A stretch of 64,000 nt of DNA from Candidatus Latescibacterota bacterium (lineage in GTDB: Bacteria > Latescibacterota > UBA2968). A model generated the notes under the pieces. It saw nothing but the letters and a program-made list of their open reading frames with translations, was not told the DNA's origin and ran no database searches. The position numbers and the translations under genes are program-made. Location of the stretch: assembly GCA_965204375.1 (NCBI GenBank), contig OZ241986.1, positions 3,872,001-3,936,000 on the forward strand. Direction: 5' to 3'. This document shows positions 49,535-59,863 of the stretch, in pieces (the first letter of the stretch is position 1; each line of letters begins with the position of its first letter).

Positions 49535-52348
49535 TTAACGCGACAAAAGCGGTTCGTAAATATTCTTGTTATCCGCGATTAAATTACCTCTCGGATTCCA
49601 CGCCAAATCTGTGATTGTACCACCTGTTTGAATCTGTTTTTCTATTTCCCAGGTATCTGTTCTCCAGAAAGTTATAATACCATCTTCGTCTCCGGCTGCG
49701 AGATACCGACCATCGGGTCTAAAGGTAAGTTCAAAGACATTGCCTGCATCTATCTCTCGAACCTTCCCTTCACGGATCACATCCCAAATCGTTATACTGG
49801 TATTATTGCCATCATATCCGTCGGCTGCGAGATACGGCTCATTCGGACTGAACGCCACGGCATAGACATTGCCTCCGGATGTCATAGAGCGACCATCCGC
49901 ATTATCTGTCCACCAACTGCTCACTTCCCACAGGTTCGCATTACCAGCATCATCTCCCGTAGCCAAATACCGCCCATTCGGACTGAACGCCACGGCATAA
50001 ACCTCGGAGACACCTTGCATTCCCCACCCGTTCAGACGGCCACCGCTCAGATCCCAGATCCAAGCATAGGGAAGATCAACGCCTATGGCGACATAATTCC
50101 CATTGGGGCTGAAGGCGATAGAATTGACACGCGTTGCTCTATCACTCGTCGCACCAACCCCCGTGCGCTGACTCTCTGTACCACTATCTACGCTCAGAAG
50201 AGCCACATAAGGGCCGTCCCTATCGGATCCATCTGCAGCGACATACCGCCCATCAGGGCTGAAAGTAACAACCACGACTTCACCCCCAAGACGCTTCCAC
50301 CAGATGTTCCTGCTGCTATCCAAATCCCACAGACCCACATCGCCCTGATCATCTCCTGTTGCGATATATCTTCCGTCGGGACTGAAAGCAACGGTAAGAG
50401 TCCCGCTATAAAGCGCATAGACCGCCAGATCATCCCCATCACTGATCAAATGCGCGTGAAGCGTATATTCCCCTGCATCTGAGGCATCATAGCCTTCTAC
50501 TTTGACATAATACGTACCCGCATTTACGGATCGTTCTATTCTAAAATTATCTCCGCTTCCACCATCGTCATTATTCGTCAGCGCAGAACCAGAACTATTT
50601 TGTAGCGTACCCCGCGTATCCAGATTGCCCGTCGTATAAACGATCAACCTGCCAGACTCGTTTACCCGCACGCTAAAATAATCGACATCACCGTCAGTTT
50701 CTATGCGTCCTGAAAGTGAACTGCCCAACACCAGGCTGGTCGCACCAGACCTGCTATTGCTGTAATCATCATCCGGCGCACCTCCACCGCCGCCACTAAT
50801 GGAGATATTCAGGGCAATACCCCCGAGGTCACGCAATCCAGTAACGAGGTCTTCGACATGAGAACCATCAAGATTCGAACGCTGGATCTTATTTGTGCTG
50901 CGGTTCGTCCAGTACATCTTCCCGCCAGCCACATCCAGAGCAATGCTATTTGGACCTTTAAAAAGATGCAGGCCGCCCAATCTGGTGACGAGGTCTTCCA
51001 CATTGGAACCATCAAGATTCGAACGCTGGATCTTATATGCGCCCTCATTTGTCCAGTATATCTTCCCGCCAGCCACATCCAGAGCGATACCACTGGGAAA
51101 AATCCCCATCCCAGCGAGGCGAATATCTTCGACATTGGAACCATTCATATTCGCACGCTGGATCTTATATACTTTGTCTCCACCCGCTGAAGTCGTCCAG
51201 TACATCTTCCCACCAGCCACATCCAGAGCAATACGATTTGGATCGGGTAATCCGGTGACGAGGTCTTCCACATTGGAACCATCAAGATTCGCACGCTGGA
51301 TCTTACCAGCAAACGCGGCTGTCCAGTATATTTTTCCCCTTCTCAGATCCAGGGCAATACCATTGGGGGTACGCAATCCAGTAACGAGGTCTTCCACATT
51401 GGAACCATCAAGATTTGCACGCTGGATCTTACCATCATGCCAATTCGCCCAGTACATTTTGCCCCCAGCCACATCCAGAGCGATGCCTTTTACCCCGCGG
51501 TAATCTGAGCCGATGGCGACGAGGTCTTCGACATTAGAACCATCGAGATTCGCGCGCTGGATATCGTACGCATCTTCTTTTGTCCAGTACATCTTCGGCG
51601 CACTATCCCCGCTACCCCCACCACTCCCACCACCCCCGCCACCTCCACCAGAGGGAGATACTGTTTGCCCGAAGTCATTGACCAGGATCACAAAATCTGA
51701 AAAACCAATCGCACCATCGCTATCCAGATCGTACTTCGCCTGATATTTGCCATCGCCCCGGCGCGATCCAAACACATTTGCAAACTGCACAAAGTCGGCA
51801 AAGCCAACCACCCCATCGCCGTCAAAATCGGGTGTGGGAGCCACGGACCCCGACTGCAACGACACACTCACACTCAGCGTCACGCGCTCAAATTGTCCTC
51901 CCCGACCGAGTTCACCGCGCACCAGCCGAATATTCGTACCCGAAAACGCCGCCATCGTGCGAAAGCGAATCGCCCCAACCAGACCCGTATTGACCGTAGC
52001 CTGACCACCCAGAGCACCAATACTAATCTGTACGAAGGTAGGACTTGTACCATGCTCTGCTGGCAGCACAACAACATTTGGCAGCACATCGCCCGCATCA
52101 AAACCGTCATAAATGACCTGACTCGCATCGTACTCAAAACGAACAGAAATACCATTCGCATTTTGAATGTCTCTGCCAAAAATCTGAATGGCAACAACCT
52201 GATCGAACGATACATTGGCAGACAGCACCGCTTGATCCCCCGCTGCACTGTTCACATCCAGAGACAGGGAAAAACTGCTCTGCGAGGACAGCGACAGCGG
52301 AAAAATCAAAAACGCGATGGCTATGATGACAAAAGGCGTACTACGCAT
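49535..52348 (-). CDS. Secreted multidomain protein: cohesin-like, dockerin-like EF-hand, YWTD (LDL-receptor class B) propeller, PPC, WD40 propeller
   Basis: Signal peptide; DFDGDGVVGFADF; 6x KMYWT..IQRANLDGSNVEDLV; GDVDYF..DDGG; VAFSP repeats. Confidence 0.88.
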   Translation of the reverse strand: MRSTPFVIIAIAFLIFPLSLSSQSSFSLSLDVNSAAGDQAVLSANVSFDQVVAIQIFGRDIQNANGISVRFEYDASQVIYDGFDAGDVLPNVVVLPAEHGTSPTFVQISIGALGGQATVNTGLVGAIRFRTMAAFSGTNIRLVRGELGRGGQFERVTLSVSVSLQSGSVAPTPDFDGDGVVGFADFVQFANVFGSRRGDGKYQAKYDLDSDGAIGFSDFVILVNDFGQTVSPSGGGGGGGGSGGGSGDSAPKMYWTKEDAYDIQRANLDGSNVEDLVAIGSDYRGVKGIALDVAGGKMYWANWHDGKIQRANLDGSNVEDLVTGLRTPNGIALDLRRGKIYWTAAFAGKIQRANLDGSNVEDLVTGLPDPNRIALDVAGGKMYWTTSAGGDKVYKIQRANMNGSNVEDIRLAGMGIFPSGIALDVAGGKIYWTNEGAYKIQRSNLDGSNVEDLVTRLGGLHLFKGPNSIALDVAGGKMYWTNRSTNKIQRSNLDGSHVEDLVTGLRDLGGIALNISISGGGGGAPDDDYSNSRSGATSLVLGSSLSGRIETDGDVDYFSVRVNESGRLIVYTTGNLDTRGTLQNSSGSALTNNDDGGSGDNFRIERSVNAGTYYVKVEGYDASDAGEYTLHAHLISDGDDLAVYALYSGTLTVAFSPDGRYIATGDDQGDVGLWDLDSSRNIWWKRLGGEVVVVTFSPDGRYVAADGSDRDGPYVALLSVDSGTESQRTGVGATSDRATRVNSIAFSPNGNYVAIGVDLPYAWIWDLSGGRLNGWGMQGVSEVYAVAFSPNGRYLATGDDAGNANLWEVSSWWTDNADGRSMTSGGNVYAVAFSPNEPYLAADGYDGNNTSITIWDVIREGKVREIDAGNVFELTFRPDGRYLAAGDEDGIITFWRTDTWEIEKQIQTGGTITDLAWNPRGNLIADNKNIYEPLLSR

Positions 52349-52503
52349 GGTTTTTTTCAAAGAATTCGAAGTGGTTTGCAGGACCGTTTCCATCTTTGTA
52401 TGTCGAAGCAGAAATCCAAATTTTTCAGCTTACCTTCATAAAGCGTATCACAGGTCGGTTTAATCGTTTCAGTATTTTCCGCCGTCTTTATCGAGCGGTC
52501 AGA

Positions 52504-52662
52504 TCAGGATATAAAGTACAGGGCTACAAGGATGAGAAATACGATCACAAGAAACTTGCCTACCTTGCCCACAAATTTTAAAACCAAAAGAGCCAACACC
52601 ACGATCACAATAACCGAGACAATTGAATTTGTGCTTTCCGACACGCCTGGTATTTCCAGCAT
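52504..52662 (-). CDS. Small (52 aa) two-TM membrane protein, below ORF-track cutoff
   Basis: AGGAG RBS; MLEIPGVSESTNSIVSVIVIVVLALLVLKFVGKVGKFLVIVFLILVALYFIS. Confidence 0.6.
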   Translation of the reverse strand: MLEIPGVSESTNSIVSVIVIVVLALLVLKFVGKVGKFLVIVFLILVALYFIS

Positions 52663-52783
52663 CCGTAACTCCTATCCTATTGAAAAATTATTTAGATACA
52701 ACAAACCTGCCAGCGGCAGGTGTGAGACTGAATGTTGTTTCGATGTTTTGGTTCACAGGTATGAAATCCTTTCTGGCAGGTCC

Positions 52784-52912
52784 TCATTTGACTCGATTTA
52801 GCCAATCCAACTGTGCGCTCGTACCTCGCATCTAATTTAAGGGACCGGTACCAAATACATAACTCTTGATAGAAGGGATATCAATTGCGATGACAAACAA
52901 TTCGCAGGCCAT
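52784..52912 (-). pseudogene. Relic of a second cas10 (N-terminus only)
   Basis: AAGGAGG RBS then MACELFVIAIDIPSIKSYVFGTGPLN*MRGTSAQLDWLNR, aligning with [24 protein letters not shown] of the intact Cas10. Confidence 0.65.
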
Positions 52913-52989
52913 TGATGCGAAGACCTCCTTTGTCTATTAAAGATAAGAGTATGATAATGTGTGGGTAATCCATTATCTTTCTATCTTTT

Positions 52990-53271
52990 TTATGGATTAT
53001 TGTTCACGAAATCATGTTTACCATAGTGCCGAAGTCTCAATCCACCGTTATTAATTGAGCAACTGACACGGATGGAATTAGTGATGCGGAATGTGTAGAA
53101 GTCGGAGTTTCGATGGCTTTCAAAATTCAGTCCAGAGACTTTCGTATTAAGCTGTGTTGTGTCGCCATTGGTATCTTTGAGCACATCGGCGCACAAACTC
53201 TCGGCCTGATCAAATTCCTCTGCCTCAATATGTTGCCCCGCCTGGCGCAACCTGTCCTGCACGGTCATCAA
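52990..53271 (-). pseudogene. Short ORF: TPR-like start plus RelE-like C-terminus, possibly internally deleted
   Basis: LNFE...FYTFRIT...RVS...LRHYGKHD..NP resembles the end of RelE/YafQ-type toxins. Confidence 0.4.
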
Positions 53272-53302
53272 ACATCCTTTCTAAAAATATTCACCACATT
53301 GC

Positions 53303-55114
53303 TTACGGAAAGCGAATTTCAGGCGACATTTTTTTTAATAATTCCTCGCGCAAATTGGGAGATACAAAAGCCTCGTCGAGAGCGTTGCGCTGGAGGCGCA
53401 AAATTTCGAGGTGGGTTAGCCCCGGACAGAGACGGGCGGTAAGGATCAAATTATCGCTGAGGCTTGCATCAGAGATGCCGATATTGTCCGTATTGACGGT
53501 TACGCGCACACCTTCTTTGAGATATTTAGACAACGGATAGGTTTTTTCTGATTCTTTCTTATCATCTAAGGGATAGCCACCGCGGATCTGAAAGTTGGCA
53601 TAAGGACACATTTCAATGCCAATACCGCGATTGACAACCGAGCGCAGGGTTTCTTTGGATTCGAGGAGGTTTAGGGCATGCCCGAGTCTGCGAGCATTGA
53701 GGTCAAATATGGCACGCCAAATGCCTTCGGCATCGTCGTTTTCTCCAGCGTGAACCGTGAGGGCCAGGCCGCAACGGTGAATGGCCGTGAACTCTTCGCG
53801 AAAATAGTGCGCCCGGGTTGTCTCATCTTCGTATCCAGCCAAATCAACACCCACCACGCGACACGAGTTTTCATCAGTCCAGTGTTCGGTTGCAGTAATA
53901 GCGAGCGATAGGTGTCGGGAGATTCCAGCCCGATAATCGCCACCGGATTGTCGCGTTCCAATGATAATCAAGTTGATGTGGCATTTCCCATCTTTCATAC
54001 AAGATTGAAATGTCTCGCGGATATCAACAAGCACATCCCATGGGGATCTGCCCAGTTTCTCAGCGACATAGTTGGCGGGTGAACAACGAATCTCAGCGTA
54101 CACGATATTTTGTTCGCATAGATGATCATAGAGCAGTTTGCACTGCTTCTTCAAGCATCCAGGATCGCACAAGATTAGAGAACCGTTGTTGTCGCCAAGG
54201 TGGCGATATTGCTCAAGGCCAATGGGGTCTGGCGGCAGCGGCCACTTTTCTGGAATTGAACGGTTGAGTTTATCGGGAATGTCCCTGTCTGCTTGTGCGC
54301 GGACCTCGTCGAGTTGTTTCCCTCGAGTGGCAAATCCGCCCAGATGGCAATGCAGTTCAATTTTAGGAAGTGCCTTGATCCACATCTCGTCCTTTTTGTG
54401 ATCGAGAGGTGAATTGAGCCAATCGAGACCACGTTTGGGCCAAGTTGCCAATTCAGCAAACGGAAAGCTCGGCAGTTCTTCCCACGAACTGGCGATGCGA
54501 TGCGAGCGTTCGATGATTTCCTTGTGCCATTCTCGAAATTTCTGATCTGGAGCGGATAGCCATTTCACATCATTACAGATCTTGTTCTCTATTAGCGGGT
54601 AATCACAGTACGACGCTTGGTGAAATTGCGGCCACCCTTGTTCGGCCCCCAGACGAATCCACCTGAGAAGCTCATCCTCTTTTGCCTTTATAATCTCCTT
54701 GATCGTGGAAGGTGGTGCATCGGCTGCGAGGACATGGAACACTTCTGCTGCGCCGAGAATTTCTGCTGCTTTTTGCATGGCTGAGGACATAGTTTTGAAT
54801 CCACCAGTTAAGCAAATATAGCGTTCTTCGGGCCTGGTACCTGATGATAAGAGCCAGCGGTATAGCACTTCCTCAAAACGGAAGTGGTCCTGCTCGGTCT
54901 CAAAATCTGTAAAGCACTTGACGCGGCTAATATTCAAACATGTGGGCTTGTCCCTAAAGAATTTCTGTATTAAATCTACCTTCGGCGACTCGGTAGTAAG
55001 TACGTGAACGGCCTTAAAAGTTACATCTGGAAAGAGAAAAGCCTCGGGCACGATGGCCGGTGAAGTTCCCAACGAGACAAAAAGATGTAGTTTTGGATCA
55101 TGTGAATGTGACAT
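53303..55114 (-). CDS. cad1: CARF-adenosine deaminase type III CRISPR effector (Cad1/CAAD-type)
   Basis: CARF motifs SLGTSPAIVPE and LTGGFKTMS; deaminase motifs ELHCHLGG, HAGE, RLGH, VNTDN; follows cas operon. Confidence 0.9.
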   Translation of the reverse strand: MSHSHDPKLHLFVSLGTSPAIVPEAFLFPDVTFKAVHVLTTESPKVDLIQKFFRDKPTCLNISRVKCFTDFETEQDHFRFEEVLYRWLLSSGTRPEERYICLTGGFKTMSSAMQKAAEILGAAEVFHVLAADAPPSTIKEIIKAKEDELLRWIRLGAEQGWPQFHQASYCDYPLIENKICNDVKWLSAPDQKFREWHKEIIERSHRIASSWEELPSFPFAELATWPKRGLDWLNSPLDHKKDEMWIKALPKIELHCHLGGFATRGKQLDEVRAQADRDIPDKLNRSIPEKWPLPPDPIGLEQYRHLGDNNGSLILCDPGCLKKQCKLLYDHLCEQNIVYAEIRCSPANYVAEKLGRSPWDVLVDIRETFQSCMKDGKCHINLIIIGTRQSGGDYRAGISRHLSLAITATEHWTDENSCRVVGVDLAGYEDETTRAHYFREEFTAIHRCGLALTVHAGENDDAEGIWRAIFDLNARRLGHALNLLESKETLRSVVNRGIGIEMCPYANFQIRGGYPLDDKKESEKTYPLSKYLKEGVRVTVNTDNIGISDASLSDNLILTARLCPGLTHLEILRLQRNALDEAFVSPNLREELLKKMSPEIRFP

Positions 55115-55259
55115 TGTTTCCTCTTGATTTTATAGCGATGAGAATATGGTGATAATGTGTAGGTAATCCAGTGTCTTTCTATCCTTTTTATGGATTTTCG
55201 TATAAGACCTTTTTATGACCATAGCGTCGAAGGGGCAATGAATCTCCGGTTATTATGGA

Positions 55260-57665
55260 TTACGATGTTGATTGCTTTACGACATTCGCCGCCTGGAGGC
55301 CCTTAGGTCCCTGGGTGATGTTAAATTCGACCAGGTCACCTTCGGACAAAGACTTAAAGCCTTCTGCTTGAATTGCAGAGAAATGGACGAAAACATCTTC
55401 GCCCCCTTCTTGCTCGATAAAGCCGTAGCCCTTGCCGTCGTTGAACCACTTAACTCTTCCCTGATAAGAGCCACTGGAGGCTTGGTGACCGCCATCACCG
55501 GAAGACTGAGAAGAAGAATATAAAAATCCTTCTTTTCCGGGTTTTGGTAAGGGCTTCGTATTTTTGAACCACTTGAAGTTTTCGCCTTTTGGATCTGGTT
55601 CTGGATTTTCTCGGGGATAGTGAACAGGTGCTTTATCAGAAGGACCAGATGCGATAGCGAGGAATGATTTGATCACATCGTGATCTTCGAGACTGTTGTT
55701 GCCTATGCAAAGTGCCTGCCTGAATAACTCGATAAATTCCTCTTTGGCCTTCGCCACATCGGTAATCGCTGAATTTCCACTCGCTGGGATGAGATTTTCA
55801 TACTCATTTTGCAGAGCGGCGTGATTCCGGATATCTACCCCGACTAATTTTGTAGTCACCGAACCAAATCCCAACGGCTTGCCTGCGCCAACTTTTAGAT
55901 GATATTTCTTATCAAGTGAGCAAAGCCACAGAAGCGCGCCGAGTTCTGCTTTATTCAGGTTGTCGAAACGAATTTCCACCTTGAATTTGGTCTTTGGCTT
56001 CACCCAGGCGCGTATCGAAACATTTTGATTATCTCGCTGCTGGACACCATGTCCCTTCCATCGAACATACTCCCGGTACGCGCCATTCGTCTTTTGAGGG
56101 CCACGGGAGTTTTGGGCATCCTCCTTCGCTTTATCTGCGTTCCAATATCCATCTGGAACACCGTGATGATGCAGATAAAATTTCCGTCCTGACAGTTTCG
56201 TTGCGCTATCATAAGTAGAGGCACCGGACGCATAAAACAGTGCTTGCTGTGGTTTGGGTGAGGACAAGATTGATAGAGGTAGGCTGTACTGCGAGTTAGA
56301 TTTACCAAATCGATGAATGGCGTCTTCAGCCTCGGTTAAGCATTGCACTTTGCGAATTCTGAGATGGCCTTTGTAAGCATTGGTTGAACCGGTATCCCCC
56401 TGGTGTACCCAGCCGAAAACCCGATCCGCGGGTGAAAATTCGGCTTCGCTATCCGCTGGTAAAAATTCTTCATTCTTCAACAAGTCCAAATATGGAGCTT
56501 TCTTTGCGAGTTCTCTCGATATCATAACGGGATAGAGACCGATGATATTGCCTTTCTGGTCAACGCGGGCATAACAGAGATCGCCTGGTTTCAATTTCGC
56601 AGCAGACTTCGTATAAATCTGGCGCGACCAGGCGGTTTTGCCCGGTTCTCCACCGAGATAAGCGTCCGGTTTCTGGGAGTTTTGCTTTCGAGTATGGAGA
56701 TCGTCCTCGTGAATGTCTTGATAGTCGCGGACAAGCTGGTTCCATTCAGTCAGCCATTTTTTATCAATAGATTCTGTAGGCACCTTGTTGAATGAGAAAA
56801 ATACCCGCTCGTCGTGTTTTTTCTTAATGTTCTGATTTGTGCGGCAGACGAATCCGCCTTTGATCAACCTGTACTCTTCGGTTTTGTGGTGCCTATTTCC
56901 ACCATACCAATGGTCATTTTTCTGTGCCTCCTTGACGCTCGAGGGATAGTTTGAATGAGTACAACCCGCGCGGCGGATATGAGTAACTCGCCAATAAGAA
57001 AAATTAGGGTTCTTGTGATTAACCAAATTGAGCCAGCAATGGACCTCATCGCTGTGTTCCGGAATCCCTCCATCCGGATATTTGACGGCGTGAGTACCTA
57101 TGATAGGCCCTTTGGTACTGGTCTTGCTACTACTCCCTTCATACATAGGCAACCACGCCGCGTACATTACACTTTTTGGAACCTGCCAACGACAGGTTTT
57201 TAAGTCCCAGGAGGGATTCTTGCTATGTTCCCCACGATACAACTCCAGTTCCTTACCGCATGTCGAAATTCTCGCTGGCACCATAGACAAGCCATCACGC
57301 GCTTCCATTCGCCGTGCCAATGGCGTCTTATAGCGTTCATCGAGAACACCTAAACGCGAACAGGTGATGGCTTCGTATGCCGCACGCAACGCCCCTTTGA
57401 GCGAGGTCGGGCGCAGAATTGGTTTGCCGCAATGCGTCGTTAGAAGGTCAAGAGTTTTATGACCGTTCCGAAGAAGAGTTAGATTTGCGGGATCAGAGAG
57501 CAGAAGCGGTGATACGGCCTTCAGCTCGATCTCAATAGACCCCTCGAAAAAGCCCTTTTTGTACGCACTGTGACCCGGGGGTTTCCCCTGGGCAAGGCCA
57601 TCGGTTCCGACATTCCCAAAGGGTACAAAATTATACGGATTGTGAAATCTCTTATTGGACATCAC
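55260..57665 (-). CDS. cas7: Cas7 with large insertion (TIGR03986-like RAMP) fused to C-terminal cold-shock domain
   Basis: [40 protein letters not shown]; then [20 protein letters not shown]. Confidence 0.9.
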   Translation of the reverse strand: MMSNKRFHNPYNFVPFGNVGTDGLAQGKPPGHSAYKKGFFEGSIEIELKAVSPLLLSDPANLTLLRNGHKTLDLLTTHCGKPILRPTSLKGALRAAYEAITCSRLGVLDERYKTPLARRMEARDGLSMVPARISTCGKELELYRGEHSKNPSWDLKTCRWQVPKSVMYAAWLPMYEGSSSKTSTKGPIIGTHAVKYPDGGIPEHSDEVHCWLNLVNHKNPNFSYWRVTHIRRAGCTHSNYPSSVKEAQKNDHWYGGNRHHKTEEYRLIKGGFVCRTNQNIKKKHDERVFFSFNKVPTESIDKKWLTEWNQLVRDYQDIHEDDLHTRKQNSQKPDAYLGGEPGKTAWSRQIYTKSAAKLKPGDLCYARVDQKGNIIGLYPVMISRELAKKAPYLDLLKNEEFLPADSEAEFSPADRVFGWVHQGDTGSTNAYKGHLRIRKVQCLTEAEDAIHRFGKSNSQYSLPLSILSSPKPQQALFYASGASTYDSATKLSGRKFYLHHHGVPDGYWNADKAKEDAQNSRGPQKTNGAYREYVRWKGHGVQQRDNQNVSIRAWVKPKTKFKVEIRFDNLNKAELGALLWLCSLDKKYHLKVGAGKPLGFGSVTTKLVGVDIRNHAALQNEYENLIPASGNSAITDVAKAKEEFIELFRQALCIGNNSLEDHDVIKSFLAIASGPSDKAPVHYPRENPEPDPKGENFKWFKNTKPLPKPGKEGFLYSSSQSSGDGGHQASSGSYQGRVKWFNDGKGYGFIEQEGGEDVFVHFSAIQAEGFKSLSEGDLVEFNITQGPKGLQAANVVKQSTS

Positions 57666-57686
57666 CGGTCTCCCATTATGTTACTC

Positions 57687-58223
57687 TCAGGCATCGACCA
57701 GAGCAATGAGGCGTTGGTCAAATACACATACGTTTCCATGTTCAAATCGCGCCAGATACTCGCGCACTTTGAGCTTTATGCGCGAGGTGTTGTTCTCAAC
57801 AGGCACCTGAATCGGTCCCGTGCGCCCATGGGTGAGTGTCGTCCAACCAGACCTCTGACTGTTGTTCTCGCGCTCTCCCCACAGGAGGTAACTGCGGTTG
57901 AGTGTGCCTTCCAGTTTAATTTCAGAAGGCTCAGACCAACCACATGCAGAAATCTGCTTTTCGCTCAACAAGGTGGCAACACCATTGGTTCCTTCCCGAT
58001 TCCACCGCAATTCCCAGTCATTGCAGAACGCACGGACTTCAAATGCTTGATCAATTTTCCCGCCTTCAAATTGACCACCTCGCCAGACACAGAGTTCGCA
58101 GGCAGTCGGGGTCATTATCAAACCAGAAACACCACCTGAATCGTCAGTTGGGAGCGTAAGCACCATATCATTGATCTCTTCAGCGGTGCAACATTTTGTC
58201 GTAACGTAGAGGGTGTTGTTCAC
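57687..58223 (-). CDS. csx19: CRISPR-associated Csx19
   Basis: FEVRAF...ELRW, YLLWGE, LKVREY...DQRL; position between Cas7 genes. Confidence 0.88.
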   Translation of the reverse strand: MNNTLYVTTKCCTAEEINDMVLTLPTDDSGGVSGLIMTPTACELCVWRGGQFEGGKIDQAFEVRAFCNDWELRWNREGTNGVATLLSEKQISACGWSEPSEIKLEGTLNRSYLLWGERENNSQRSGWTTLTHGRTGPIQVPVENNTSRIKLKVREYLARFEHGNVCVFDQRLIALVDA

Positions 58224-59863
58224 GATATCGCCTCCGATTTATTTGCTTCTATATATGTGCTCCACGCTTCCTGAAGATGTCGAAAAGCCTCCATTTTGTC
58301 TTTCTTGTCAAAATCGCCCGCGGTCAAGCTACATGGCATCTCCACGCATTCCCATGTCTTCAAGCCGTCAAAAGTTGCCTTCGTCAGATCTAAATCGCCC
58401 AGACCCCGGTTGACACCGTAACCAAGTGGAATCCGACCACGCGCAAAGTCGCGAAGTGTCAACAAGAACAGGGCAAATGCGGCACGCCGAAATAAAACCA
58501 ATTCCTGCTTCCCTTTTGGAGCACAGCCATTGGGGATGTCCCAATAGGTGCGGGGCGGTGCGATCCGCTCAAAATCAATGGTGACAGCGAGATCAATCGC
58601 GTCTAATTCTGGCTCCAGCCTGCTGAATAAAAATTTGTTGGCAGCACCACCTGTCCAACGATCAATGGCGACATGTGCTACGGGTCTAAAGTCCTTCCAC
58701 TTTGTGTTCTTGGCCTCTGTGCGAAAATGTGCGAGCCGCTCTATCGAGCTACTGGCATCCAACGTCAGCAACCGTTGCCAATCACATAGAGACAAGGGGC
58801 GATCCATGCGGTAGTCGTCGAATGATACTGCGCCTTGTCCCGGTTCGCGGTAGTCTGGATCATCTAGGTCTGATTTGAGAGCCTTATCCTCCTTCGAGTT
58901 TTCATCTTTTGTTTTTGCCGTCCCGTACAGGGCATTCACAAGCTCCAGTTTATTCTCATCAGCGTCTTCACAGCCCAGCACCGTGCGTAATATCCGAGCC
59001 GATTGTGCGCGGAACGCGCCCTTGATTCCGGTTCCAGAAAGAAACGGCTTGCGCTTGTCGCCCTCAACTGCCACTGCAGGAAGCATATCTACCGCCGTAC
59101 CCTCGGCTTCGTGGCGTTGCATTACTGGGGCTACGGACTGGCATTTGAGAAATAATTTCAACTGCTGACGAGAAGGACGGATAGCCTTGATATTTTTGAA
59201 GAACTCACAAATTCCTTTGGAGCCAGCGTCTTTGACGAGCGTATCGAGGATACCACTACCCAGATCCCGGCTGGAAATTTTCTCATTCTTCAAAATCAGC
59301 TTACCCCGTCCGCGAGATTTGTCTGCACCAAAGCGAATTTCGCCCTCACAAAGGTCCTCCAACATACCGCGCAGTACGCTCTGGATTTTTTCCCAGGTAC
59401 AGTCGTCCATCGCCTTTGCCGGTCCGTATTCTTTCGCGGGCCGCTGCAATTCCAGACACAGCCGGAATCGCGCCTCAACCGGAGCCAACTCCCGGTCGAA
59501 TTTCTTATTCAATGCCGCAGTGCCCGATCTATGGTCAATGGCTACATGCTGTGCCAGATCAAGATCGATAGCTTTGATCAGCGGGGCATCGTGAACAAAC
59601 AAAATCGAAGCCCAACCACCCTTCTCACCGCCCTGTCCTTCGACTCGCCCCCACACTTCATCTTCTAATTCTGGACACGCGGAACGCCACCAGTCACGCA
59701 ACGGGCCAGCAATAGCTGAGCCGGGGAAGTACACTTCGCCCTTTCCATTGACCGCCAGCGGCAAGTCCGTAAAAACACTATCTCTGAGGCCACCGGAATG
59801 CACAGGTGTTTTCGCAACAAGTTTCCCTGTTATACAAATAACTGAGTGAAGATTTCGCCCCAT
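58220..59863 (-). CDS. cas7: Tandem Cas7-Cas7 RAMP (Cas7-2x)
   Basis: Start MGRNLH via TAATG overlap; two RAMP units (FPGSAIAG..HVAIDHRSG..GADKSRGRG; SGTGIKG..HVAIDRWTGG..GYGVNRGLG). Confidence 0.9.
   Translation of the reverse strand: MGRNLHSVICITGKLVAKTPVHSGGLRDSVFTDLPLAVNGKGEVYFPGSAIAGPLRDWWRSACPELEDEVWGRVEGQGGEKGGWASILFVHDAPLIKAIDLDLAQHVAIDHRSGTAALNKKFDRELAPVEARFRLCLELQRPAKEYGPAKAMDDCTWEKIQSVLRGMLEDLCEGEIRFGADKSRGRGKLILKNEKISSRDLGSGILDTLVKDAGSKGICEFFKNIKAIRPSRQQLKLFLKCQSVAPVMQRHEAEGTAVDMLPAVAVEGDKRKPFLSGTGIKGAFRAQSARILRTVLGCEDADENKLELVNALYGTAKTKDENSKEDKALKSDLDDPDYREPGQGAVSFDDYRMDRPLSLCDWQRLLTLDASSSIERLAHFRTEAKNTKWKDFRPVAHVAIDRWTGGAANKFLFSRLEPELDAIDLAVTIDFERIAPPRTYWDIPNGCAPKGKQELVLFRRAAFALFLLTLRDFARGRIPLGYGVNRGLGDLDLTKATFDGLKTWECVEMPCSLTAGDFDKKDKMEAFRHLQEAWSTYIEANKSEAIS

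Noticed and set aside
49628-50482. Long opposite-strand ORFs (also 965-1582, 7485-8228, 31218-31913, 33048-34376)
   Set aside because: Antisense shadows of well-supported genes, with no recognisable motifs
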